This document shows positions 1-9,029 of a DNA stretch of 64,000 nt, in pieces. Position numbers and translations under genes: made by a program. The notes below the pieces were generated by a model, which saw only the letters and a list, made by a program, of their open reading frames with translations, was not told where the DNA came from and made no database searches. The stretch spans positions 32,001 through 96,000 of the forward strand of contig CAWKNZ010000010.1 of assembly GCA_963851265.1 (NCBI GenBank), read 5' to 3'. Positions within the stretch are counted from its first letter, which is position 1, and each line of letters begins with the position of its first letter. Origin of the DNA: an uncultured Gemmatimonadales bacterium. Lineage in GTDB: Bacteria > Gemmatimonadota > Gemmatimonadetes > Gemmatimonadales > Gemmatimonadaceae.

Positions 1-159
1 GTCGTCGATCACGCCCGGCCCACTCGGCATCGCCGAGACGAGCCCCACGGCGTCGGCGCCGTGGGCGACGGCCAGTCGTGCCTCGTCGACCGACGCGATG
101 CAGCAGACCTTCAGGCGGGTTCTCCCCGGGACCAGGGGTGTGCCGTCGGACGTTTTCAC
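1..159 (-). CDS. trpF: Phosphoribosylanthranilate isomerase, N-terminal part (runs off window start)
   Basis: Manual translation of minus strand from GTG at 159: ...RTRLKVCCIASVDEARLAVAHGADAVGLVSAMPSGPGVIDD, matching the TrpF/PRAI N-terminus (K.C....D...A...GADA.G). Not in the ORF track. Confidence 0.8.
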   Translation of the reverse strand, partial: MKTSDGTPLVPGRTRLKVCCIASVDEARLAVAHGADAVGLVSAMPSGPGVIDD

Positions 160-523
160 GGATGGGCCGGGGAGCGGTCACCCGGCGCCTCGATCCGGCG
201 CGGCACGCGGGCGAGTATCAGGTCGTTGCGCATCCAGGAAGGGTGGCCGGTTCGCGCCGGCGAAGGAACCGGTGGGGCGCCCGACGGTCGCCCGCAACAC
301 GTCACGCCACGCAGGTTGCTGTACCCGCAGCCACACATGCCGCTTAGCGCACGCGCCGAAGCACTACTCCGACACTTCGATGTGCGGCGCAGGCCGTTTT
401 GAGTCGCGACGGCCCCGACCGTCACGCGCCGGCCCGATGTGCCGGCCTGCGTGCGATGGGCGCGACCCGCTCGTCGGGACCGAGGGCCCGCCACCTCCGG
501 TGCGCCCGGGGGCGTCGCCCCGA

Positions 524-1621
524 CTACGGTCGTGCCACGACCCGTGGAGCGCGCCACACCTGCCCGCCCCGCAAACGGAGCACCAGGGCCGTCGCCGGGG
601 CGTCGCCCGACCGCTCGAACTCCGCCGTCGTGCCGGACGACAGTGTCGCGGTCGAGAACTGCAGGCCCCCGAGCGAGCGCAGCTCGAAGCGCGGCCACAG
701 CGGCGGGACCATTGCCGCGTAGAGGAGTGCGCCTTCGCCGGTGACGCGCATCGTCACGCCGGGGAGCCCGCCCTCGCCGAACCGGTACTCCCCGACGAGC
801 GCCTCGAGCACGTCGGGCGGCACCGGCGGGTGCGCCTCGACGCGGCGGAGCGTGAGGTCGAAGCGGTACGCCGACGTCGGCACGGCCGGTATTGCCGCCA
901 GCACCTGGGCCACAAGTTGGGCCACCGGTCGGACGCTCGGCGCGTCGGCGGCCGGATTGGCAGCCGGCTGCGGCTCGTGCACCGCGAAGCACCGGGCGCG
1001 CTCCGCCTCCGGCAGCGCGCGCACCAGTAAGTCGGTCGCGTTGAGCGCCTCGCCGGGGAAGAACATCTGCGTGACGAGCTCGTGGTAGCCGCGGCGTGCC
1101 AGCCGGAAGTGGATGTGCGGCGTGCGCCACGCCGTGCCCTCGGCTGGCTTCCCCGCCGCGAACTGCGTCGGGTACGGCCCCGGCTTCACGGTCGTGAACG
1201 CGTACTGCCCGTCCGCGTCGGTGACCAGTTCCGCGCGCCCCTGGAAGTGCGGGTCGACAGGCGTCGGGTTCTGGTCGCGCTCGTGCGAGTAGCGCCCCTT
1301 CGCGTTCGCCTGCCACACCTCCACCACGGCGCCCGCGATGGGGCGGCAGTCTTCGTCGAGCACGCGCCCGTGCACGCGCATGACCTCGCCACTGGCGCGC
1401 TCCGTGTGCCCCCGGATGAGGGTCAGGTCGGCGTCCTTGTCCGCCTGGTCTGTGTCCGGGTAGAACGGCCCCGTCTCCTGAGCGGGCGTCTCGCTCGCGC
1501 ACGTGGCCGCGGTCGCCCCAGGGGGGGCCGCTCGCGCCCCGAGCCCGCCGAGGACGCTCCCGGCCGTCGCGCCGAATCCGAGTTGGAGCAGTGCCCGCCG
1601 GTCCATTCGGTCGCCCGCCAT
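524..1621 (-). CDS. Intradiol ring-cleavage dioxygenase (protocatechuate 3,4-dioxygenase beta-like) with Tat signal and C-terminal DUF3471-like extension
   Basis: Motifs GPFYP, EVWQANAKGRYSH, TVKPGPYP, RTPHIHF (Tyr,Tyr,His,His iron ligands). N-terminal DRRALL twin-arginine motif. GGAGG RBS before ATG at 1621. Confidence 0.85.
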   Translation of the reverse strand: MAGDRMDRRALLQLGFGATAGSVLGGLGARAAPPGATAATCASETPAQETGPFYPDTDQADKDADLTLIRGHTERASGEVMRVHGRVLDEDCRPIAGAVVEVWQANAKGRYSHERDQNPTPVDPHFQGRAELVTDADGQYAFTTVKPGPYPTQFAAGKPAEGTAWRTPHIHFRLARRGYHELVTQMFFPGEALNATDLLVRALPEAERARCFAVHEPQPAANPAADAPSVRPVAQLVAQVLAAIPAVPTSAYRFDLTLRRVEAHPPVPPDVLEALVGEYRFGEGGLPGVTMRVTGEGALLYAAMVPPLWPRFELRSLGGLQFSTATLSSGTTAEFERSGDAPATALVLRLRGGQVWRAPRVVARP

Positions 1622-1771
1622 GTCGCCTCCCGCGCGCGGTGAGAGCACGTCGGCGCGCCACGCCGTACCCGGCGCGCAGGGTGCGCCAACATAGGGCGGG
1701 CCGGAGTGCGGGGCCAGAGGCCGCGGCTCGTGACAACCGGGGCCGAGCGCATGAGATGGGGCGAAGTAGTG

Positions 1772-2476
1772 CTATGCGGGCGCGATCAACTCGAACACAC
1801 CGATCGGGCGCGCGCTCGACTGACGCGCGGCGTCGGCAACGCTCCACTTGGTCACGCGGACGTCCCAGCCGTCGGCCTCCATCGCCTCGAGCATGCGGTA
1901 GCTCAACGGGCGGAACGGGTCCGAGGCGAGCACACGTCCGCCCGGCGCGAGGTTCTGCGCGAAGATGCGGCGCAGGTCGGACTGCGTACCTTCGGCGTAC
2001 AACACGTCCGCGCCGAGGATGTAGTCGTAATGCGTCGCGTCGTCCCACGCCGTCCAGTCCGCGAGACGGTACGTGATGCCACCAACGCCGTTCCGCGCGC
2101 CGTTCTGCTCGCACAGCGTCATCGCGTCGGTGTTGCGATCCGTCTGCACGACGCGCGCACCGAAGGACGCGGCGACGATCCCCGGCAGTCCCGTACCGGC
2201 CCCGAGTTCGAGCACCTGCGCGCCGCGCAACGCCTCGCCGCGCGCAGCGAGGTCGTGGGCCAGCGCGATCGCGGCCGGCCACAGCACCGCACCGTACGGC
2301 GCACGGCCGGCTCCTTCGCTCAGGAACCGTTGTTCGTCCTCGAACGTCAACACCTCGCCGGTGTGCACGACCGTCCACTCGCGCCCGCCGAGTCGAAGGC
2401 GATATTCGTACAGCGGGTAGTCGGCCCCGGCCCCCGGCGCACTCGCCAGGGGCCGACCGTGGTCGGGCGAAGTCAT
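1772..2476 (-). CDS. SAM-dependent methyltransferase, family 16 (METTL21/protein-lysine MTase-like)
   Basis: PYGAVLWPAAIALA, VLELGAGTGLPG, DYILGADVLY motifs. Confidence 0.85.
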   Translation of the reverse strand: MTSPDHGRPLASAPGAGADYPLYEYRLRLGGREWTVVHTGEVLTFEDEQRFLSEGAGRAPYGAVLWPAAIALAHDLAARGEALRGAQVLELGAGTGLPGIVAASFGARVVQTDRNTDAMTLCEQNGARNGVGGITYRLADWTAWDDATHYDYILGADVLYAEGTQSDLRRIFAQNLAPGGRVLASDPFRPLSYRMLEAMEADGWDVRVTKWSVADAARQSSARPIGVFELIAPA

Positions 2477-2564
2477 GCCGTTCGCGTCGCTAGTGTTCGT
2501 TGGCCTGCTTCAGCTTGCGACGCCCGTCGGCGCCGTCGACCACCGTACCCCCTTCATCTCCTCC

Positions 2565-3209
2565 GTGCAACCGCAAACGCTTGCCGTGCTCGGCGCGACG
2601 GGTCGCACCGGCCGCCGCGTCGTCGAGTACGCCCTGTCCGCCGGCGACGCCGTACGCGCCCTCGCACGCGACCCCGCCGCTCTCGACGACCTGCGCGACC
2701 CGCGGCTCACCGTCGTCGGCGGTGAGGCCGAAAACCCGGACGCCGTCGTGAGACTCGTCGACGGAGCCGACGCGGTGATCTCCGCCCTCGGCGGTGGCAC
2801 GACCGCGGCACCCGGGCGGACGCGGTCGGTCGGGGTCGCGAACGTGGCGAAGGCCCTCGCCGCCGGCGGCCGGCCGGACGCGCGTGTGCTGATTGTCGCC
2901 GGCGGCGGCATCCTCGACGCGCCCGGCGGCGGGCTGCGCCAGGAGCAGCCGGGCTTCCCGGCCGTCTTCCGCGCGGTGTCGGAGGAGCACCGCCGCGCGT
3001 GGGAGGCCGTGCGCGACACGGCGCTCGCGTGGACGGCCGTGTGCACCGGCGACATCCTGCCCGGCGAGCGCACCGGCGTCTACCGCGTCGCGGCCGACGT
3101 GATGCCCGACGGCGGCCGGCGGATCTCGGTCGAGAACCTCGCCGACTTCCTGCTTCGGGAGTGGCGGGACGCCCGATTCGTCATGCGCCGCGTCGGGCTC
3201 GCCGACTGA
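2565..3209 (+). CDS. NAD(P)H-binding Rossmann protein (flavin/biliverdin reductase B-like, atypical SDR)
   Basis: AVLGATGRTG, ADAVISALG, ISVENLADF; GTG start at 2565 inferred. Confidence 0.8.
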   Translation: MQPQTLAVLGATGRTGRRVVEYALSAGDAVRALARDPAALDDLRDPRLTVVGGEAENPDAVVRLVDGADAVISALGGGTTAAPGRTRSVGVANVAKALAAGGRPDARVLIVAGGGILDAPGGGLRQEQPGFPAVFRAVSEEHRRAWEAVRDTALAWTAVCTGDILPGERTGVYRVAADVMPDGGRRISVENLADFLLREWRDARFVMRRVGLAD

Positions 3210-3219
3210 CCGCACGACG

Positions 3220-3244
3220 GGCGCGCCGCGGGCCGCGGCGCGCC
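3220..3244. terminator. GC hairpin between convergent genes (possible bidirectional terminator)
   Basis: GGCGCGCCGCG-GGC-CGCGGCGCGCC, 11-bp stem, no U-tract. Confidence 0.35.
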
Positions 3245-3270
3245 TAACGGCGAGGCGCGAGACGCGCCGG

Positions 3271-4686
3271 TCAGTCGCCGAGCGTCGCCGCGAGCGGCGC
3301 GATCCGCTCCGCCGCGAGCCGGCGCACGACGGGGTCGACGTCGTCACGAAGCGACCGGCTGAGCGCATGTCCGGCGGGCGCCCCCGAGTGCCAGAGGGAC
3401 GCGAGCGCCGCCGCGCGCAGCTCGTAGTCGTGCGCCCACCGAGTGCGCCCGGTGACGACCGCGTGCAGGTGGCGAACCGCGTCCGGCGACCCGATCCCGC
3501 CGAGGGCGTCGACGAGGTCGTGCGCCACCTCCGCGTCGGCTTCGGCCTCCAGTCGCGCGACGCACGTCGCGGCGGGCACGGCGACGCCGCGCCGGGCGCC
3601 CCGCGCGACCGCCCGCGCCGCGATTCGACGGACGTCGACGGAGCGGTCGAGTAGGGCCGGAACGAGCGCGCCCGCAGCAGCCGCGGAGTCGATCTGGTCG
3701 AGCGCGCGCGCGGCGGCATCACGCACGCGAGGCTCGGCGGCCATCAGGCAGCGCGCGAGTGGACGCACGGCCTCGTCCAGCCGAAGCTCGCCGAGCACGA
3801 GGGCCACGTTGCGGACCACGTACCACCGCGAGTCCCCGAGCGCCTGCAGCAATGTGTCGACGCCACCACCGACCTCGGCGAGCGCGTCGCAGCAGCGCTG
3901 GCGCTCTCCGATCGATTCCGCGGTCGCGAGCCGTTCGATGAGCAGCGGCACGGCGGCCGACGCGACACACTGCAGCACCGTGGTCGCCTCCGGCGCCGTG
4001 CCGTCGGCGACCGCGTCGACGACCGGGCGCAGGTCGGACCCGACGAGCAGGGCGATGAGTCCGTCGAAACGTCCCGCTGCATCGGGCGCGTCGTGTGCCA
4101 TCACGACCCCGACCGCGCGAGTGAGCACGCGCGCGATGTGCGTTCCCGCGCCCGGCGACGCCGACGCGCGCGTCGCATCGATCCAGGTGGTGAGCGTCTG
4201 GTACGCGCGCGCGACGTCGGCCTCGCCGTCCGACGACTCGAGCCGCGCCAGCGCCGAGTGCACGTCCGCGGTCACCGCGTCACCCGCATCGCCCGCGTCC
4301 GCCGCGTTTGCGACGAGTTGGACGTGCCACGATCGGAGCGCCTCGACTTCGGCCCGCACGTCACGCGCGTCCGGGCCGTCGTACAGCAGCCCGGCGCCGT
4401 GCGCGAGTTCGCGCGCAGGCGCCAGCTGGCGGATGATCAACCGCGCGATGCCGTGGGTGGCGAGCACGCGCGCGACCGCGTCCACCTCGGGCAGCCCCTC
4501 GACCGGCGCGCCGTCGACGGTGAGCCGGGTGCCGTCGACGTGCGCGACGACGCCGGTCCCGCGCGCAACCCGCGCCGCGTCGCGCAGCGCCGACCGCCGC
4601 TCCTCCTGCGACGCGTCGGGTGCGTGGAGCGCCGCGACCAGCCGCGAAAATGCCGCGAGCAGCCGAAGGCCGGCCGGAGGCGTCAC
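3271..4686 (-). CDS. HEAT-repeat protein
   Basis: Repeated LLQALGDSRWYVVRNVALVLGEL / AEPRVRDAAARALDQI / DRSVDVRRIAARAV / DVDPVVRRLA units. GTG start overlaps the GAF gene stop (GTGA). Confidence 0.75.
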   Translation of the reverse strand: MTPPAGLRLLAAFSRLVAALHAPDASQEERRSALRDAARVARGTGVVAHVDGTRLTVDGAPVEGLPEVDAVARVLATHGIARLIIRQLAPARELAHGAGLLYDGPDARDVRAEVEALRSWHVQLVANAADAGDAGDAVTADVHSALARLESSDGEADVARAYQTLTTWIDATRASASPGAGTHIARVLTRAVGVVMAHDAPDAAGRFDGLIALLVGSDLRPVVDAVADGTAPEATTVLQCVASAAVPLLIERLATAESIGERQRCCDALAEVGGGVDTLLQALGDSRWYVVRNVALVLGELRLDEAVRPLARCLMAAEPRVRDAAARALDQIDSAAAAGALVPALLDRSVDVRRIAARAVARGARRGVAVPAATCVARLEAEADAEVAHDLVDALGGIGSPDAVRHLHAVVTGRTRWAHDYELRAAALASLWHSGAPAGHALSRSLRDDVDPVVRRLAAERIAPLAATLGD

Positions 4687-5255
4687 GCGCGCCCGGCGGC
4701 CGCGTCGTCCACCGCCGCGTCCGCTCCGGCACGCGCTTCGAGGTGCCGCGCCAGGGCGTCGGCGAACGCGCGGAGCGCGGCGAGGTCGTCGTCGGTGAAC
4801 GTGCGCGGGTCGGGACCGATCACGCAGAGCGCGCCCACGCTCTGGCCGCGCGACGTGACGAGCGGCGCGCCGGCGTACGACCCGAGGCCGTCCCGGGCTA
4901 CGAGCGGGTTCGCGCACAGCGCCGGTTCGCGCGCGAGGTCGCCCACGGCGAACACTCCGGCGTGCGCCACCGGGTACCGGCAGAAGCTCCACTCGACGGG
5001 AACGCCGCCGGCGTCACGCATCCAACCCTCGAGCCCGTGCGAGCTGAGCACGCCGACCGCGTCGTCGTACACGACGTTCACGAGCGCCGTCGGCGCGTCG
5101 AGTCGTTGGGCCGCGGCGCGCACGGCCGCGCGGAGGATCTCGTCGTCGCTTGCCGTCGCGAGACCGAGGCGGGCCACTTCCGCGAGGCGTTCGGCGGCGT
5201 GGATCGCCGCGTCCTCGGGGGTCGGATCGACGGATGGCAGGGCGGCGGAGGTCAC
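4683..5255 (-). CDS. Stand-alone GAF domain protein
   Basis: ERLAEV..LGL, LDAPTALVNVV, SFC, SYAGAPLVTSRGQSVGALCVIGPDPRTFTDDDLAAL. Confidence 0.85.
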   Translation of the reverse strand: MTSAALPSVDPTPEDAAIHAAERLAEVARLGLATASDDEILRAAVRAAAQRLDAPTALVNVVYDDAVGVLSSHGLEGWMRDAGGVPVEWSFCRYPVAHAGVFAVGDLAREPALCANPLVARDGLGSYAGAPLVTSRGQSVGALCVIGPDPRTFTDDDLAALRAFADALARHLEARAGADAAVDDAAAGRA

Positions 5256-5608
5256 GCGGGGGGGGCTGTGGCGTCGGTGGCGTCAGCGGGCGCGCCGGAG
5301 GCGCGAAGCGCGAGGCAGGTGTACGCCCGGAGCCGGATGAGCATCGACCGGCCGACGATCCCGGTCATCCCCGTCCGCTGGATGAGGTGTTCCGCGATCC
5401 GTTCCAGGTCGGCGAGGGTGTGCGCGTGGGCGTACGCGCCGACGGCGCACGCGCGTAGGGCGGCGTCCCACGCCGCCTCGGCCGCGCTCGCGCCCAGTTG
5501 GCGTCGAAGCGCTACGTGGAAGTCGGTCTCTGACGGGGGCGCGAGCCCGTACACCGGGACGGCGGCAGGGGCGGACACGGGCGCACTCGCGGTCGGTGCG
5601 GCAGGCAT
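5252..5608 (-). CDS. Small alpha-helical hypothetical protein (118 aa)
   Basis: ATG at 5608, ordered helical sequence (YGLAPPSE...GRSMLIRLRAY). Stop overlaps the GAF start (GTGA). Confidence 0.65.
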   Translation of the reverse strand: MPAAPTASAPVSAPAAVPVYGLAPPSETDFHVALRRQLGASAAEAAWDAALRACAVGAYAHAHTLADLERIAEHLIQRTGMTGIVGRSMLIRLRAYTCLALRASGAPADATDATAPPA

Positions 5609-5715
5609 GCAGGACGGCGGCGGGGCGTTCGCGAGTTGCGGGGCTTCGACGCGGCGGGGGACGCGAGGCAGACGACCGCGCACCGAGCCCGCAACCCGAC
5701 GTCCGGCGGAGCGCG

Positions 5716-6519
5716 TCAGGCTAGCGGCAGCGCGAGGCGGTACCCGTCGCGCCGCACCGTGACGATGAGCTCCGGCGTGGACGGCACCCGCTCGACCTTC
5801 CGGCGCAGGTTCGTGACGTGGACGCGCACGCTCTTCACCGCGTCGCCGAACGGCTGACCCCAGACCGCGTCGAAGATCTCCTGGTGCGTCAGTGTCCGCC
5901 CCGCATGGACGGTGAGCGTGCGGAGAATCTCCCACTCGGTGCGCGTGAGACGCAGGTCGCGTCCGTCGCGCATCGCCACGCGGCCGTCCACGTCCAGCTC
6001 GAGGTCGCCGATCCGTAGTCGCGCACGAGGCGGTACCTCGGGCCGTGCGGAGCGCACGCGGGCGGCGCGGAGGCGAGCGCGCACGCGCGCGGCGAACTCG
6101 CCGGCGCCGAACGGCTTCGTGACGTAGTCGTCCGCGCCCGCATCGAGCAGGCGCACCTTGTCCGCCTCGCTCCCGCGCCCGGAGAGCACGAGAACGGGGA
6201 CGTCGGTCCACGCCCGGAGTGCGCCACAGACCGCAGCGCCGTCCATGTCGGGGAGTTCGACGGCGAGCACGACGAGGTCGGGACCGCGCGCTGCCGCGAT
6301 CGCGGGCGCGACGCGCAGCGCCTCGCGCCCGGTGGTCGCTACGTACACCGTCGCTCCGAGCGCCTCGAGGACGTGGCGCACGGAGAGGCGGAGTGCGGCG
6401 TCGTCGTCGACGACGAGGATGGTTGGCGGCGAGGGCGCGTGAGAGAGCATCGCGGGCTCGGCCGCCCGGGGCTCGCCAGCGCCGGGCACGGCGCGCGGCG
6501 TGATCGCATCCGACGGCAT
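5716..6519 (-). CDS. OmpR/KdpE-like response regulator (REC + winged-helix); phospho-acceptor Asp replaced by Ala
   Basis: ILVVDDD, PDLVVLAVELPDMDG, LDAGADDYVTKPF, LTRTEWEIL, VRVHVTNLRRKVE, GYRL. Start uncertain (6519 or 6450). Confidence 0.85.
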   Translation of the reverse strand: MPSDAITPRAVPGAGEPRAAEPAMLSHAPSPPTILVVDDDAALRLSVRHVLEALGATVYVATTGREALRVAPAIAAARGPDLVVLAVELPDMDGAAVCGALRAWTDVPVLVLSGRGSEADKVRLLDAGADDYVTKPFGAGEFAARVRARLRAARVRSARPEVPPRARLRIGDLELDVDGRVAMRDGRDLRLTRTEWEILRTLTVHAGRTLTHQEIFDAVWGQPFGDAVKSVRVHVTNLRRKVERVPSTPELIVTVRRDGYRLALPLA

Positions 6520-6832
6520 CGGGGTCCTTATACAGTAGAAAGTGTCGCCATTCCGGTGGCGTGTCTCGCACTGAAGACGCCCAACGTGGCGCACGCCCGG
6601 ACGCGCGGGTTGCCGCGCGTGTGACGCACGCCGACTTCCGACCGATTTCACGCCGACCTTCCGACGCGTCGACGGTCGGACTTCGATCGCGCGATGCCGG
6701 GTTGACGCGGCCGCGACGGCGCGCGTACCTGTTCGTCGCTCGCGTCGTCGAGTCGGCGACGTAGCCCCGCGCGGGCGCGGGTTCGCAGCGAGAACCCGGA
6801 GAGGGGCCACGATCTCGCCCACGTACTCGCCC

Positions 6833-8221
6833 ATGTACTCGCACGTCGTCGGACACGAGCGGTACCGCTTCGCGGACCTGCGCACGCTCCTCGCCCGCGC
6901 GTCACCGCCGCGGAGCGGCGACCGGCTGGCCGGCCTCGCGGCAACGAGCGAGGCGGAGCGCATGGCGGCGCGCCTCGCGCTCGCCGATCTCCCGCTCGCG
7001 ACATTCCTCACAGAGGTCGTCATCCCGTACGAGGATGACGAGGTCACCCGCCTCATCGTCGACGACCACCACCGCCCGGCATTCGCCCCGGTGGCGCACC
7101 TCACGGTCGGCGGCTTCCGCGACTGGCTGCTCTCGCCGGCCGCCGACGACGTGGCGCTTGCGGCACTCGCCCGCGGCCTCACCCCCGAGATGGTCGCCGC
7201 GGTCACGAAGCTCATGCGACTGCAGGATCTGGTGCTCGTCGCCCGAAAGTGTCGCGTGATCACGCGCTTCCGTACGACGATCGGCCTCGCGGGCCGGCTC
7301 GCGACGCGGCTACAACCCAACCACCCGAGCGACGACGCGCGCGGCATCGCGGCGAGCGTGATCGACGGGCTGCTGTACGGCGCGGGCGACGCGGTGATCG
7401 GCATCAATCCCGCGACCGATGCGCCCGACGCGGTCGCGGGACTCCTCGAGATGCTCGACGCGCTGCGTCAGCGGCTGGATGCGCCCGTGCAGTCGTGCGT
7501 CCTGTCGCACGCGACGACGACGCTCGACCTCGCGCGGCGCGGTGCTCCGGTCGACCTGCTCTTCCAGTCGGTGGCCGGGACGGAGGGCGCCAACCGCGCC
7601 TTCGGCGTCACGCTCGCCCTCCTCGACGAGGCGCACGACGCGGTCCGCTCGCTTGGCCGCGCGCCGCCCGACGGCCAGGTGACGTATTTCGAGACGGGCC
7701 AGGGAAGCGCGCTGAGCGCCGAGGCGCACCGCGGCGTCGACCAGCAGACGTGCGAAGCGCGGGCGTACGCCGTGGCGCGACGCTACGCGCCGCTGCTGGT
7801 CAACACCGTGGTCGGGTTCATCGGCCCCGAGTACCTGTACGACGGCAAGCAGATCCTCCGCGCCGGGCTCGAAGACCACTGCTGCGGCAAGCTGTTGGGC
7901 CTGCCGATGGGCTGCGACGTCTGTCACACCAGCCACGCCGAGGCGGACGAGGACGACATGGACGCGTTGCTCACGATGGTGGCGGCCGCGGGCTGCTCGT
8001 ACGTCATGGGCGTGCCCGGCGGTGACGACGTCATGCTTCACTACCGGAGCACGAGCTTCCACGACGCACTATACCTGCGCGAGGCGCTCGGCCTGCGACC
8101 CGCACCGGAGTTCGAGTCGTGGCTCGACGCGGTCGGGATCTTCGACGGCCACAACCGCCTCGTCGACCCGCGCCGCGGCGCGGGCGCGCTCGCGCGCGAA
8201 CGCGCCCGCCTGCTCCCGTGA
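6833..8221 (+). CDS. eutB: Ethanolamine ammonia-lyase large subunit
   Basis: RLQPNHP, GDAVIGINPA, YFETGQGSALS, NTVVGFIGPEYLYD, AGLEDH..GKLLGLPMGCDVC. Confidence 0.95.
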   Translation: MYSHVVGHERYRFADLRTLLARASPPRSGDRLAGLAATSEAERMAARLALADLPLATFLTEVVIPYEDDEVTRLIVDDHHRPAFAPVAHLTVGGFRDWLLSPAADDVALAALARGLTPEMVAAVTKLMRLQDLVLVARKCRVITRFRTTIGLAGRLATRLQPNHPSDDARGIAASVIDGLLYGAGDAVIGINPATDAPDAVAGLLEMLDALRQRLDAPVQSCVLSHATTTLDLARRGAPVDLLFQSVAGTEGANRAFGVTLALLDEAHDAVRSLGRAPPDGQVTYFETGQGSALSAEAHRGVDQQTCEARAYAVARRYAPLLVNTVVGFIGPEYLYDGKQILRAGLEDHCCGKLLGLPMGCDVCHTSHAEADEDDMDALLTMVAAAGCSYVMGVPGGDDVMLHYRSTSFHDALYLREALGLRPAPEFESWLDAVGIFDGHNRLVDPRRGAGALARERARLLP

Positions 8222-9006
8222 ACACACCGGAGGACGCGAGGCGCGACGACGGACGTGACGACGCGCGCGACCCGTGGCACGTGTTGGCCGCGCTCACGCC
8301 GGCGCGCGTCGCGCTCGGCCGGACGGGGAGCAGCGTGCCCACCGCGCGACACCTCGACCTGCAACTCGCCCACGCCCGCGCGCGCGACGCCGTGTGGCAT
8401 CCGCTCGACGCAGCCGGACTCGCGGCCGCGTTCGCCGCTGACGGGCACCGCGTCGTCCGCGTCCGCTCGGCGGCGCGCGACCGGCGCGAGTTCCTGCAGC
8501 GGCCCGATCTCGGCCGTCGACTCTCGGAGGACGCGCCGGGACCACTGGCCCGCGTGGCCGGCGACTGGGACCTCGCGTTCGTCGTCGCCGACGGTCTCGC
8601 GGCACTCGCCGCGGAGCGGCACGCGCCGGCGCTCGTCCGCGCGGTGTGCGACCGCCTGGCCGGCGGCGCGTGGCGGATCGGGCCGGTCGTCGTCGCGGAG
8701 CAGGCGCGCGTCGCGCTCGGCGACGCCGTCGGCGAGGCGCTCGGGGCGCGACTGGTCGTCGTGCTGTTAGGCGAGCGCCCGGGGATGAGCGCGCCGGACA
8801 GCCTCGGCGCGTATCTCACGTGGGCGCCGCGTCCGGGGCGGACGGACGCGGAGCGGAACTGCGTGTCGAACGTTAGGCCGGAGGGGCTGGCCGTCGGACC
8901 GGCGGCCGACACGATCGCGTGGCTCGCGCGGGCGGCGCGGCAGGGGCGGCTGAGTGGAGTCGGGTTGCGCGGGGTTGCCGGGTTGGCGCAGCGCGCGGGC
9001 CCGTGA
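8218..9006 (+). CDS. eutC: Ethanolamine ammonia-lyase small subunit
   Basis: TPARVALGRTG, HARARDAV, FLQRPDLGRRL, VADGL, GERPG, DAERNCVSN; GTGA overlap with eutB. Confidence 0.92.
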   Translation: MNTPEDARRDDGRDDARDPWHVLAALTPARVALGRTGSSVPTARHLDLQLAHARARDAVWHPLDAAGLAAAFAADGHRVVRVRSAARDRREFLQRPDLGRRLSEDAPGPLARVAGDWDLAFVVADGLAALAAERHAPALVRAVCDRLAGGAWRIGPVVVAEQARVALGDAVGEALGARLVVVLLGERPGMSAPDSLGAYLTWAPRPGRTDAERNCVSNVRPEGLAVGPAADTIAWLARAARQGRLSGVGLRGVAGLAQRAGP

Positions 9007-9029
9007 CCGGGCCTCTTCGCCTCCCCGCG

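Noticed and set aside
236..345. Possible cobalamin riboswitch (AAGGAACCGGTG...CCCGCAAC) and CCGGTTC/GAACCGG hairpin
   Set aside because: Lacks the AAnTCC T-loop, ACTGT and a proper B12 box, and no plus-strand gene follows.
5716..7407. 563-aa response regulator with long N-terminal extension
   Set aside because: The extension is antisense to eutB and is Arg/Ala-rich nonsense; the real start is near 6450-6519.
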